Shown piece by piece: positions 27,638-40,700 of a DNA stretch of 42,615 nucleotides; position 1 is the first letter of the stretch, and each line of letters begins with the position of its first letter. The notes below the pieces were generated by a model. That model was not told the DNA's origin, did not search any database, and was given only the letters and a program-made list of their open reading frames with translations. The DNA comes from Trichinella spiralis (lineage: Eukaryota). A program made the translations under genes and the position numbers. The stretch is taken from NCBI RefSeq assembly GCF_000181795.1, contig NW_003526948.1, positions 133,438 through 176,052 of the forward strand, in the 5' to 3' direction.

Positions 27638-28625
27638 GGGAGGGGGAATCGAGTGTGGAACGAACGATAAAGATGGAATAGGATGACGATCAACTTGGAA
27701 ACAGGACGTCCTATGACTTGCTTGGTTGTTGTTGTTGTTATCATCGTTCAACATCGACCGAATGGTCGTGTTTATTATTGGACGGCTTGCTTCGGACGTC
27801 ATTTCACCGTGCTAAGCGCTACGCTGTTCAGTGTGTCGTTGCAGTCGTCGATTTCGTTTCGCGCCATTTGCTTTGTGCGCGCGTGTCGTCCGTCCTGGCT
27901 GGCCCAGAACCGTCTTCTTCTTCTTATTATTCTTCTTATTTTTATTCATATTATCATTCCTCGTTTTCTGGTCTGATGTTGGTTCTGAATTAAACACAGC
28001 AAACCAAAGAATATTGAAGCCCACTCGCTTTTCTGATTATTCATTTCCATAAGCTAACTGAACCGCCTTTCTCGAATTTTCACCACCGATCGCATGCATC
28101 GACTGAGGCATACATGCGTTCATTGGCGGCTTGTTTTTTGATGTTACGCACCCGGGCACGTGAGTGTCACTCGACTGACAGAAGTAGAACATCACTGATT
28201 TATTCGGTGGCTTGTTTCCGTCTTGCATATTTACAAGATGTGTCGTCTTTATTTTCCCTTTACTGGCTGCATCAGCTTACTTTGCATCATGTTCTTTGAA
28301 CTTGAACCGCTTACATACACACCCACCACAAAATTTTATTCAGAGGGGTAGGGGGGAGGTTGGTTGGAAATTTGATTTTTTTTTGCGTCTATTTATTTAT
28401 TATTTGTTACGTTTTATTATATTCATTTTTCTATTTTTTTGTCCTTAACTTCCGTTTTCTTTGAATTGAACTTGCAACAATGAACGATTCGAGTGAAATG
28501 AAATATTTCTCATCTTTAGTCGCCAATTAGGCCGGCGTTGGCTGAAAAGCCTGGCCTGGTGGTATCAATCTCAGCTTCTTTCATCTCTTACTTTCTGCTC
28601 AGAATAAGCAAAAAACGGAAATAAA

Positions 28626-29302
28626 ATGTCACGCGTTGTGCCCGATCAAAAGGGAAAATTTGAAACTGATGAATTATTCGTCTCAGTTAGTCGGCCAACA
28701 GAAGTGAGTTTCGCCTGTTATTTCATCTATATCTGCACGCACACACGCATATCCATTCTTTGAAGATAGTTTATACTGGTTTACTGTGTGGTACAGAAGA
28801 GGAACGTCGTCGCCAGTTTCTCAGGGACTGTCTCGATCGCCATCTCAGCTTGGTAATGAAATTACTGCTGCTTATTTGTGTCATTTTCTTTTTACTCTTT
28901 TTCCTCTGTTTTTTTGCTCATATTTTAGGCATTTCTACACTCAGGACTTAATTTGGAATTGGATATGACTGGTGGTGGTGATTCATCTCAAGCAGCCGAT
29001 GCTCTCGATCTCGATTCGGATCCAGTGAAAGTAAATATATTATATGAGGAGATTTCATTGTTTTTTTTTGTAATTATACTTCACAGGTGTTCATTTCGTC
29101 GTGTATGATTTTGAATGGTGTATGCGTACGTTTACGAGGATGGATAGATCGAATCACGTTGAAAGGTACTGCATTGCTAGAGTTTGATCCAGTTCATGCG
29201 GATATAGAACGTCAACGAATAGTCAGCCTTGGCAGTGCAACGCATCCAACTTCAACTCGCCCATTGCTAATGTTCACTTCAACATCTGCTGGAATTGTAC
29301 AG
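28626..29302 (+). CDS. CBFB: Core-binding factor beta subunit (Runx partner; Brother/bro-1 family), exons 1-4; last exon lies downstream
   Basis: Exons 28626-28703 (MSRVVPDQKGKFETDELFVSVSRPTE), 28766-28852 (IVYTG...EEERRRQFLRDC), 28929-29030 (AFLHSGLNLEL...) and 29087-29302 (MILNGVCVRLRGWIDRITLKGTALLEFD). These match the CBF-beta hallmarks MPRVVPDQ, IKYTG and MILNGVCVxWxGWID. Confidence 0.93.
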
Positions 29303-29325
29303 GTACGCATTATCATTGTGTGTAT

Positions 29326-29370
29326 TATATATATATATATATATATATATAATGTAATGTAATGTAATGT
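29326..29370. repeat. (TA)n followed by (AATGT)n microsatellite in CBF-beta intron
   Basis: TA run 29326-29351, then about four AATGT units. Confidence 0.9.
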
Positions 29371-32300
29371 ATATGTAAGTGTATTCAGTGTGGGTTGTTT
29401 GTTGAATAGTGGAGGAGTTTTTATTCGGTATGCTTTTGGAGTCAGTGGTATAATTTTGCAGCTTATCGTCTTGTCCTCCACGAATGTATAGAAAGCTAGA
29501 GGTCAAAGAGACACAAACATAAAATGTCATTGTCGGTCATGTTTTGCGTGTGCCTGTTCGTACAGTGCAAGAATGACAGACTCGCATGACAACGACGTCA
29601 ACAGTTCAGGTCGCGCTTAAGTAGCCTAAACGACAAACGGCCGTTTGCGCATCTTTGACTAGCAAAAGATGTTAACAGAGAATAGGAAAGCAAGAGAAAC
29701 TATTGTGTTCTATTGTTGACCATTTGTTGAAGCTAATTTGCGATTGAAAAGGCGGGCGGCTTGTCAAAGACAAACCGGCAGCTTTTCCCTCGCATTCTAG
29801 CAATATAACTAGCGGGATGCTGTTTTGCACGCTGGTGGTCGGTCGATTTGGATGTTTTTCATTTAAGTTCCCAATTTATTCAGAGCAAAAAATTGCGCAG
29901 ATAATTGAAAATTTTTTTCCAAATCTCATTTCAGTTATCGATTAGCTGCTTAAATGAAAAAAAGTGGATGTTTCATTTTGACCGTCGTTCACTGAAGCTT
30001 AAGATATTCTGAAGCTGAGCAAAATTTTACTGTTCAGAAAATCAAAACCAAAAAAAAATCCAACATTTATTTGATCATGTTGAATGGCAGGCATTCTTTA
30101 TAGCTTTAGCAATATAAAGTTAGCTTGACCTGAGTATCCTGACCAACTTCGCACAACTTTGCATACTGATTTGATTTTTCTTAAAATTACAGTTTGGTTA
30201 AAAAAGAAAACTTAATATTTTCATTAATCTCTTCGTTATTTAAGTATTAAGTTGGATTTATTTTTTTTGGAACAATTCATAAGGATTATATTTATTTATT
30301 TATTTATTTTGTGTAAAATTTAAAATAAAACTTAAGAAGTGAGATAATTTCACTTCGTGGATTCATGATCAAAATACAATTTCAATTGGAATTTACGTAG
30401 TTTTATTTCAAAAGACAATTTATTCTTTGTTGTTGAGCTGCTTTTGGTTAAAAAATATGAATTGATTTTTCTGAGGAAAAATTTCTCTTCTCCGTACAGC
30501 TCATGTACTAGTGTTTTGAGTGGGATGTTGTGATGCGAGAACGCTGCAAGCGGTAGCATTGAACTGGCATTTTTCCTTGTTCACTAGACAAATTGCGAAG
30601 CATCTGCGTGAACTATTTTATGAAAGTGATTAATGGTCGTAATCGTATCGTCATAAATGGTGGTCAGTTATCACTAAGGTGTAGAACACTGCCAAAATTT
30701 GTAATTTAGAAGATGTATGCTCTGATAATTTGAACATATAAAAAAACTTACCAGTCTTCATTTAAATATGTACAATCAATTTACGTTTGCGTTAAATTTA
30801 ATAGCAGAATGATACAAGAATGCAGTGCAATTTTTTAAATAGTGCAATATTATTTCAATAAGTGAGAAATATTATTTATTAAATGATGCGACACTGTTTT
30901 GTATTCTTGATTTACAAATATGTGAACATAAATTTTGGTGATTTCATATGATACTATATACCATTAAATGAAGTTTACTAGCATATCATTGTTATATATT
31001 TGTTAAGACGAACTTTAAAACATTTGTGAAACAACAATATTCATCTAATAACAATTATACTTAGTAGTTGGTGATAATAACAGTTGTAAATTTGTAAGAA
31101 TTTTATCAAAGAGTAACTTTTATGCAATTATACTGTGCATTTTATGTTGTAAAGCAACTCGATTTGAAACTTTGAAGAAGCATTATCAAAAATATGGCAT
31201 TTGTAAAAATATACGCTTAAACTTTATCATGTAAAGATATTATTATTTAGCTAAAGCAAACCAGTGCATCAACTACAGGTCATTAAATTCTTTGTATGTA
31301 TGTAAAATAAGTTGGTTATTAACTGTTCACAGCCTTCAAAGCTATCATGTAATGTGGAAGAGGTTAAAGCTCACATTTCGAAATCGTATTTATACATAGC
31401 TGTGAATTTAGTTGTTTACCAATGAAGCATTGTATGAACGTTATACTAAGGCACATGCTCAGATTTTTTCTGAAAGTTAAATTTCAAAGCGTCTTCAAAA
31501 ATGTTACATTTTGCCATATTAGCTTCATTTTCAAATCATTGCAAGTTATTTATAGACTTAGTTTATTCTTCTAAGCATGATCAGTTCAGCACATTGCCAT
31601 GGTTGAAACGTTGCCTGTTAGTTAGTTGTACCTGTGGGTAATTTATGCACTCTATTGTATAAAAACTATACATTCTTTGTGCTACAAGACTTTTCATAAC
31701 ATTTGATGTAACATCAATTTTAAAATCAAAATACAAGCTGAATAAAAAGATTAAGTTTTATTTTGATGAAAATTTTTCCAAAAAAAAATTTGACTTGACT
31801 GTGCAAGGTTGTTGATGAAGCCAATTTTATAAACTTCACTGTATTAGTCGTCATTGATATTAAAGCAGTTTTTAATTGTTTGATTAATCTGCTTTCTCTT
31901 TAGTACGCTTTGAAGTGGAAAACAAGTTCCTCAAAGTAAGGTATGGGCAGTATATGAACATATATGGAAAAAATACTAGTTGGAAAACTTTATAATGTTG
32001 ATAATTATTGTAAGTGATTGAAAATCTCATCTAGGAAATTACTTTTAACAAAACACTATATATAATGTGTTGCCATTTTCCTCCTGTAGAGTTGCACGTA
32101 AACTTTTGTTTGCATTTTATTTATGTTGTATTATATGAATAAAATAAGGCATGAAAATGTCCTAAAAAATGTCCATCAATTGCGAATTTTCCACTCAAAG
32201 CAATACAATCATGTATTCTTTGATTACTGCTAATTGATGAATATTTTGCGTTCCAAATTCTTTCTTCTGAAATTTAACTTTGATCGGTCAACTGTTTAGA

Positions 32301-35300
32301 CAGACTGCACAATTTTCTTTGCTTTGTTAATTCGAATGCAATTTTAATAATTGCATGCTAACAGTTCTTATTTTCGAACTAACAATTCAGAATGCTAGCA
32401 GTTTTCTATAAGCGAGGAATGTATTGAGGAATAGATTTGAAAAATTGTCATTTTTGCAATGATTTACTACTTCTTGAATGAAAAATGAAACAGCTTAGCC
32501 GAATGTACGTGTATAGCTTTGCAACTTTTTGAATGCATAAATTCTTCTTTATAAAATAATTTTAACTTTTGTATGCAAGCACTTCATTTTGTTTAAATGC
32601 TCATAAACATTTGAATTGAACAACGATTATGGATAAAGCTTGTATGCCTATTATGAGCGTGAAATGAATTCTGCAGCACGTTATATTGGTTCTGTGCACT
32701 GTTCATCAGTAAGTTCATTCGTGCTGCATTAAGCATATAAATAGATTTACTTGTCTTTGTTTTGTCATAATAATCTCAAAATAATAATTTATACAATCAT
32801 ATTAGAGCTAATATGCAATATGAATATGCAGAAAGTGATATTTTCTATATAATCTACTTTGAACCATATATTTAATCTCTAAATGACAACCTATTTTAAG
32901 AGTGCAGTGTTGTCTATTTAAAGAACAGATGGTTTTAAGGGTTTTTGGAAAGGTTGACCTTATTCATCACTCTCTTGGAAGACGATTGTACGATATGCTT
33001 GTTTCTGATGAACTAGGAGCAAATAATTGTTTTCAAGTTTATTAAAAAGCATTTTTCAACTTTTGATTTTGAGGTGCCTGTTCCATCACAAATTGTTCTT
33101 TTTTTGTATTGTAATTAACTTCATGTTTGTATGCTTATTTCCATAAATTGAAGTCTTTTGAATACTGATTTTAACAGAATATGTTGCTTTGGTTATTAGT
33201 TCAAATTCAAATGAAATTGAACGTTGAATTTGAGTAGATTCAAAGTGTTTTTTTTTGTAGTTAACTGACTGTTCTGTCTGTACAATTTACCATGTTATTT
33301 GTGCAACAGAAGCATCATAAATATAAAATATGCTAGTACTGATAAAATTTTGACGTATGCGAAACCTTATTGCTCGTCGATTTAATCTTTATCAGAAATT
33401 TTCTTACAAATTTTTTAAAAGGCGCACAACATTTAGTGTGAAAATTTACCTACTGATTCTATTTCTATACAGTTTTAATACTGCCTGACACTGTACTTGA
33501 ATATTTGATAGCAGGTAATCATATGTATATTTAATCATTTTGCCGAATTATTGTTGAAAATCTAATAAACACAAGCAGCATGTCATTTCCGATATTCATG
33601 AAGTGTTATAATACGCAGAATGTGATGTATAACTTGCTAACATTATAATAAAATAAAAAATGAATGATTTTCCTTACTGAGAGAATTGTAATTCACTAAA
33701 TAAGAGACAAAATTAATTTTTTAGGTTTAGTAATCGTGACAACTGTGCTTGTGCTGAATGATTTAAGTTTGTTAAAACTGAACTTCTTCAGGTAAAGATA
33801 ACAATCCTTGTTGACGTTGCACAATTTTAGATGAAGTCTTTGATGTGGTATAATTTTGTTCTTGATTTTTACAATAGCATTACGCTCAGAAAGCGATTAC
33901 AGTGTTTAAAATAAATAGATCAATCAAACTTATATACGTTTATCTAATAAGCAAATTGAAATTCAATGCGAGATAACCACAGCTGAAACAACAATTTCTT
34001 CACTTCCACTGACAAAAAATTTGCTAATCTAGATAAAATTTAAGAAAAAAACCTATATATAATTGACGTGGAAGGCTGTTCTGATCATTAGTAAGCAATA
34101 AATTCTTACTACTTTGTTCGTTGGATTATTAATATTTGCTAAGCGAAGTATTTTTATAATACATATATATATATATACATATTGTAGCATCTATGGTTTA
34201 ATGTTTAATTTCTGTCTTGCATTGACAACGTTTAGTAGTAAGTAATATTATAGTCGACCTGGCGTTTTGGATCATTAGCGGTTTGAATATGTTGTTATGC
34301 TTTTATGAAAATTGCATTTCAGGTCCAAGAACAAGCCAAAATTTAAGGAAAGAACTAGTTTGAAAATTCATCAGGACCGCAGCTTTTCACAGCTTTTAGC
34401 CGGGGTTAGTTTTTCCGTCAAGATGATTGCAGTTGTATTTTTCTAGTGAAGAACAACGCGTTAATTTTTTTCATCATTCATTATCTAGCAGCATAATCAG
34501 TTGTTAAAAATAACTTTCTTTTCTACTATTGAAATACTTTGAAAAAAATATGCATAAATTTAAAATGATATTTCTACACGAAGCATTTCATTTACAATTA
34601 TATATATTACAATTGTATAACAATGCCATTTTTATAATATAGTATTTCTTTTTATAACTACGGTAGTCTACGGTATTATAACTTTTTATAACTATTTGGG
34701 CATTTCCCGCCTGATTTTGGCAAACTTACACACTTGTTACATTTTCACAAAGTGTTGATTAATTTCTGCACATCAAAGCATCTAGTTTTTTCTTGTGTAA
34801 GAACGAGCCCACCTCAGGTTGGCCTCAGTGGCATTTGGACAGAAACGGGTCGCACAAATGACATGTTGGCGACAGTTGCCTGAATGAAGCTTGGGTCAAA
34901 CGCATTCTTGAAATCTTCTTATGTTTGTCATAGCAATTCCGGTACCAGTTAGGTTCTGAATATCTCCACGCTGACTGAATGCAATCCATTCACAAATTCC
35001 ATTACTAATAATGTAATAATAATAGATGAAATATAATAGAGCTTAGTTGTGCAATAAATTATACAACTGTTATACACATTTTTGGAATTCTATTTTTGTA
35101 TTATTGAAAAAATAATTTTTGCTCTAATGTTCGAAAACTGACAAATGGTTTTCTGTTTAAAATTCATTGGGTCGTAGGATGGGTTTTGTTATCTTACCTG
35201 ATTGAAGTGGTCTGATTGACTTATGGTTTTACTTTATTTCATGCTGATAAATAGAAACACGCATGACATTCATAGTTTAAGAAGATACCACACCCACGCC

Positions 35301-36620
35301 CAAGAATCGCGTTATTTCTTTTGTACTTGCCGCCCCCTTGTTAAATGAACCTGCTTTAATAGATCATTATTTGTTATAATAAATGTATACTGGCAAAAAC
35401 AGCACAAACCATATAAGAAATAATGCATATCAAACGTAGAACCCTGTAAGGAAGAAGTAATATTTTTTTAAAGCATGCTCAATTTTGCATTTATACTGCT
35501 CTGTTGCTCTGTTATGTTATTTTCTTTTTGGTTGATGGATAGCTGATTTATGATCTTCTGATACTATCACTTTGGTGGAGCAGATCGTGTCATGTAAAAA
35601 TGATGTTTCTCAGGATCTGTTCAGCCTGTAATCTACTGTAATCTGGGTTGTTTCAAATGAAATATTGAATAAATTAATTTTGTTTTATACTTCTGCAAAT
35701 TATGCAAAGCATTTTCTTTGTATGTTTATATTTGAATTGTTGAACACAAAAATTTTTAATTTTACCTGCTTTGTGGATTTGCACAGAAGGCATCAAAGCT
35801 ATTCTTACTTTGAATAATTGCACATTATTCTGCATTTTATAGTAAAAAGTGTTTCTTTTTTATTTTTAAACTTTTCACAAATTATTTTTCTTCATAATAA
35901 TCAAGCAATGTTTGTACTGTAAAATTTTGTAAAGAGTTGATTTCTTTTCAAGACGTTATTAAACAAATGCCTATTTTATAATTATTGCATTTAGCATCAC
36001 TTTTTTTTTATAAATTCTATTATGAAGTCCAGTTTTATCATATTGCAGTCGGTATTCTGGAAGACGTAGTGATCAAATTTTGTAAATTGAATTATTGAAA
36101 GGATATATTTCAATGAAATCGAAGCTGAAGCAAGTCGATGAAAATCATGCAAAAGCGAAAGTGTTCATTCCATTATTACTTCCATAATGCACAATAGCAT
36201 GCAAATTGGCATGTTTTCTTGTATATTTTTATAGAAAATTTCATATTGAAAATGAAGTTAACAAGTTTAAATTTATTAATTAAATTTTCTTCAACTGAAA
36301 AACGGGTTGAAAACAAATATGCGGATTTGTTTGTATGTAACTGATTAAAGTTTCTAGAGTAAATATTGCCTTTGAACATTGCTAGTCAGTTGTGCCTGCG
36401 GTTGTATTGCTTTGCTGGCATGCAGTTAATGCATGCAGTATAAGTACAACACATTGCCCCATTTTTAATTCGTAAAGTCACTTCTTGGAACTGAGTATAG
36501 AACAGATAAGGAATGGAAAATAATAATTGAAAAGTAAAATGATAGATGCAATATTTATCAGTGGAATATTTTACTTTTATTTAGAATTATTTACAGCTAA
36601 ATATTGCTTATTGCTTTTAG

Positions 36621-36737
36621 GGTCCGGCAAATTATCCTTCTACCACTGGAAATTCAGTTCGTTCGCCGCACGCGTTTTTGGCACCTTCAACAAGTCACTC
36701 AATTCGACCAACTTCGACCGGAAGTCGCAATGACTGA
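36621..36737 (+). CDS. Candidate terminal exon of CBF-beta (GPANYPSTTGNSVRSPHAFLAPSTSHSIRPTSTGSRND*)
   Basis: GC-enriched island after the acceptor TTGCTTTTAG (AG 36619-36620). Open in phase 0, matching the phase-0 donor at 29303. Ser/Thr/Pro-rich like the end of exon 4. Stop TGA 36735-36737 and AATAAA ~36799. Confidence 0.5.
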   Translation, partial: GPANYPSTTGNSVRSPHAFLAPSTSHSIRPTSTGSRND

Positions 36738-37733
36738 CCTTGGATAGATTACAAAGTCATGATTACACTGAACAAATATGAAGCACTGTAATACTGTAAA
36801 TAAAAAAATCCTATGCAAATTCAAATATTTCTTTATTTCTAGTGGACAACAAAAATAAGCTCAACTGATTGCAGAATTTGATAACGCTTCATCAGGAAAA
36901 TATGGATTGACGTGCTCATTTAAAATGATTCGAAATCTTTTCTTTTCAATTTTTTCCATATTTCCCTATTTTCTCAGTACTACAACACCACCCTATTTAT
37001 TAGGGTTATGTTCTCAACGCGGTGAATGAATTGTGCTTTATTTTTCATTTGATGCAGTTGTTCAGTTATAAGCTGCTTTATTGAAAATTTCATTTCATAC
37101 AATATTATTATTATTATTCTATGCATCTGGATTAAAAATTTGTTTAATTTTTATCCCTTAATATGCTGGTTTTTTTTAATTGTAGGCATATTCTCTTAAG
37201 TTTATTTGTTTACTGAATTGATGAAAATTTCCGAATGTAGCAACGAAATAAGATCAATAATGTACAGTGGTTTTCACTTTTAAAGCTTAAAAGAAAGTAA
37301 CAAGAAAGTGCGTTGCTTTATTATACATATTCGATGTAGAAATTCAAACAGGTTTGTCAAACGTCATTGGTTGCTTTTCGTTGCTGTCTCCAAGTTGTGC
37401 GTGGATCAGCACTGTGATCGATTGCTTAAATTGCAGGTGCTCTGTTGATTAACAAAAGTTCGAATTCTTCAGATATTCCACTTATAATAGTCATTTGAAA
37501 CTAAGCGATGGATGCGGAAAACTGGTTGCAATCAAAATTGTAAGAAGAAATATTTTTATTGGAAAAATTTCATGGCACATTAATGCAGCGACAAGTAAAT
37601 TTCTTCATTCGCCGCTCTACATTAATTGAACTGAGACTGTGATTCATTTCATTTTATAAACATCAAATTTTGATGGCAGAATTAACAGCAAACAATTCAA
37701 CACACAAATTTATTGGAAATTTTACAAGTTAAA

Positions 37734-37786
37734 TCTCTCTCTCTCTCTCTCCCTCTCTCTCTCTCTCTTTCTCTGTCTCTCTCTTT
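37734..37786. repeat. (CT)n microsatellite / polypyrimidine tract
   Basis: Imperfect CT dinucleotide run of ~50 nt. Confidence 0.9.
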
Positions 37787-40700
37787 CGTAGGCAGGTATC
37801 CTATAAAAAGTTGACAAGCTAGTTCAGCTTTGTTTATTACAAAATCAGATATCAATATAAAAGTATTCAAATGATTATTGGCTTTTGAAAATCAATGAAT
37901 TGCAAACAAGGTCCATAAAGAACACAAAACCAAGTGTTAATAATGAAACATGACTGATATCCTACTTTGCATTCATTGTTCACAGCAATTTATTATTTTC
38001 ATTCAGCTTGTATCACACATATGGATGCAAAATTATTATCTGTAGAAATGAGCAAAATAAAAATTTCCATGCATAAATTCTTTTCTGTAAGTTTTATTTG
38101 AATTAAATGCACACTAATGCACTAATGTAACGTTTTAGCAATGCATTTTTACTAGAAAGGGAGCCAGACGGCTATGTGCAAAAAGATTTGTTTCTTTATT
38201 TTACTTCTATTATTTAAAAATGATTCATCATAATTTAGAACAATACAAAAAGAAGATACAGCTCAACGATGAGAAGACGATTATTTTGATAAGTTTCACT
38301 TTTCTGAGTTTGTTCAAAATATAGCTGAGAATGGATATTGAATCTGTAATTTGGTAGCCAAGCTAAATAATATATACCTCAACATAAATACAGTGCCCAT
38401 AATTTTGAAAATTTTTTGTCTAAGGTTATAAACGATCAGCTAGAAACTTCTCAAATGTTCAACTATTATAGTCTAATACAAATGATAATATATATGCAAG
38501 TTGTTTTAATTTTGGCAATTACTGACTTATTCTAACTTGAAATCTTTATACCACTATGTCAAGATGGGATGGATAGTTAATTTTCAAAAAAGATATTTTA
38601 GCGTTCAGGTTTAGAGCAATTAGTTTAGGTCAAATCATGCTAGATTAGCATTATTTGTCTAATATGCAAATCAACGTTTTCTGAAACTAATCTCATCAGT
38701 AATAATGCGCTTAGTTCACTAACGCGACTATCAGTAGCCTCAGATAATGTTCTCTTATTTTGCAATTGCATTAGCCAAGCACTGATGCCCTTTTCAAATA
38801 ACTGAACTGAATTCAATTTTTCCAGCTGCATTCTTTTAAAAGTTTATATATACACATTTTCAGAACGTTGCACTTAACTATAAAGCATAGAAAATTCAGT
38901 TTTCAATTTTACATATCATTCACAATTTCGATTGCATGATAAGGTGAACGTTTGATTTAATGCTTTGTATTTTTACAGACGTGAAGAATAAAGACACAGA
39001 TGATATGATGCAGAACTAAAAACAGAAGGTATGCGTGGTTCTCTGAGTTTTGACATTTGGTAAGTCTGTTCTGGGAACATTTCAGAGAATCGAAGCTAAC
39101 CCTCAGTTTAATTAATTAAATAGCAAGTACCTTGACAAGGGTTGAATTAATGCAAAAATTTCGCATTGACTAAGCAAAATTTATGCATGCAGTTGATTTT
39201 ATGGCTCAATTTAGTATTTTTAGATTTTCATTTCATGAGCAGTTTGATTTTAAAACAGTTTAAGTATTTTTGTTTAAAAAAATTCTTTTCATTCATTATC
39301 ATCTTTGACAATGCTTCCTTATGAAGAAGCAAATTTTCTTATGTCATCCGTCTAGCTTTATAGTAATATTAAACAAGGGTGTGTTTTAATTAATTTTCTT
39401 TTTCTCTGATTCAACTGAGCAGTTTCGACGAAGAATCAATACATATTCAATTAATGCTTAGATGCATAGGGTTTATTTCTTTTTTATTAAATCCGATCTT
39501 GAATAAGGTATAATAATTTTCATATATTTTAAAAATTGTCATGAATAATTAAAAAGCTTCTTGATACAGCAACATATTATTGTGCATGTTAAATGTAGAT
39601 AAATTTGAAAGTGCATGCAGATGATAGCATTGGTTTGAACTGGCCGCAAATGTAATACAAGAAATGACGGAATCATGAAATGCACAAATCTATAGTTGCA
39701 CCACAAATAGAATTAAAATCCGTCTATCAAGACGTATTTCATTTCAAATCAATAACATTCAGCCAAACTTCGAGAACAAAATTTTTAAATGAGACAATTC
39801 AGCATAACATAAAGAATAATCAGCAAGAACTAGCATAGAGAAGAGGAACTTTCTGGCCAAACAAATTGAACATACTCAATGGAAAATCATTCAACCAATC
39901 AATCATGCATATGTATTATAGGACTTTCCAAAACTTATTGCTCCATGCATTAAATCCTAAGACAATCCACTGGCAGAACATTTCAATACACAACAAATGG
40001 GAAATTATACCAGAAAACGGATTCTTATAACCCCATTAAAAATCTATTTCAGCTGCTCTTCAATTGACAACGGCTCGAAAAAACTGTCATTCGGAATGGA
40101 GAGGACAAATTACAAAAGCTTTTCTAATGGCTTTTAATCAGCTCAAGTAAAGTTTCCAAATAATAAACTTTGCCAAAACTTTCACAATGTAATGGGCTAT
40201 ACATAGCCCAGGTTCTTTATCAGGCTTTCACACACATCCCAAAATTCAAAATTTTTCAATTGGAATCGATAAAGTGATAACGGTAGCGCAAGCGACATTA
40301 TTTTGGTTGTTAGACATTCCCATTGATTAAGGGCAATCTTAAGCAAAGTTCCAGCGGGAACTGTCCACCAGCTTTGGAATAATGGGGTTCTAAAGTTGGC
40401 TCATTGCCAATGTCCATGCATAGCCAGCGTCCAAGTTTGTCCACAATATTTTCGAGAAATACGCAACAGAGAACCGTCTGGACAGGTCTGTTATAATTCA
40501 ATGATTGCTTCCGATGGATTGATCCTCTTAAAGCCCATTTTTGGAGCCTAAGGTTTTTCTTGAAAATAATGAAATTTCATGGGAAATAGACTGGGCTGTT
40601 TTAGCGAAAATCGACGAAAGAACTTTTTCTAAATTTTGAGCTTTTTTGATTTCCAGACATTCAAAAGATTACCGATAATGATAAGCAACGTTCCATTAGA

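Noticed and set aside
27478..28448. Cluster of overlapping 60-97 aa ORFs upstream of CBF-beta
   Set aside because: Translations are low-complexity products of simple repeats. The GC-richer stretch is better explained as promoter/5' UTR.
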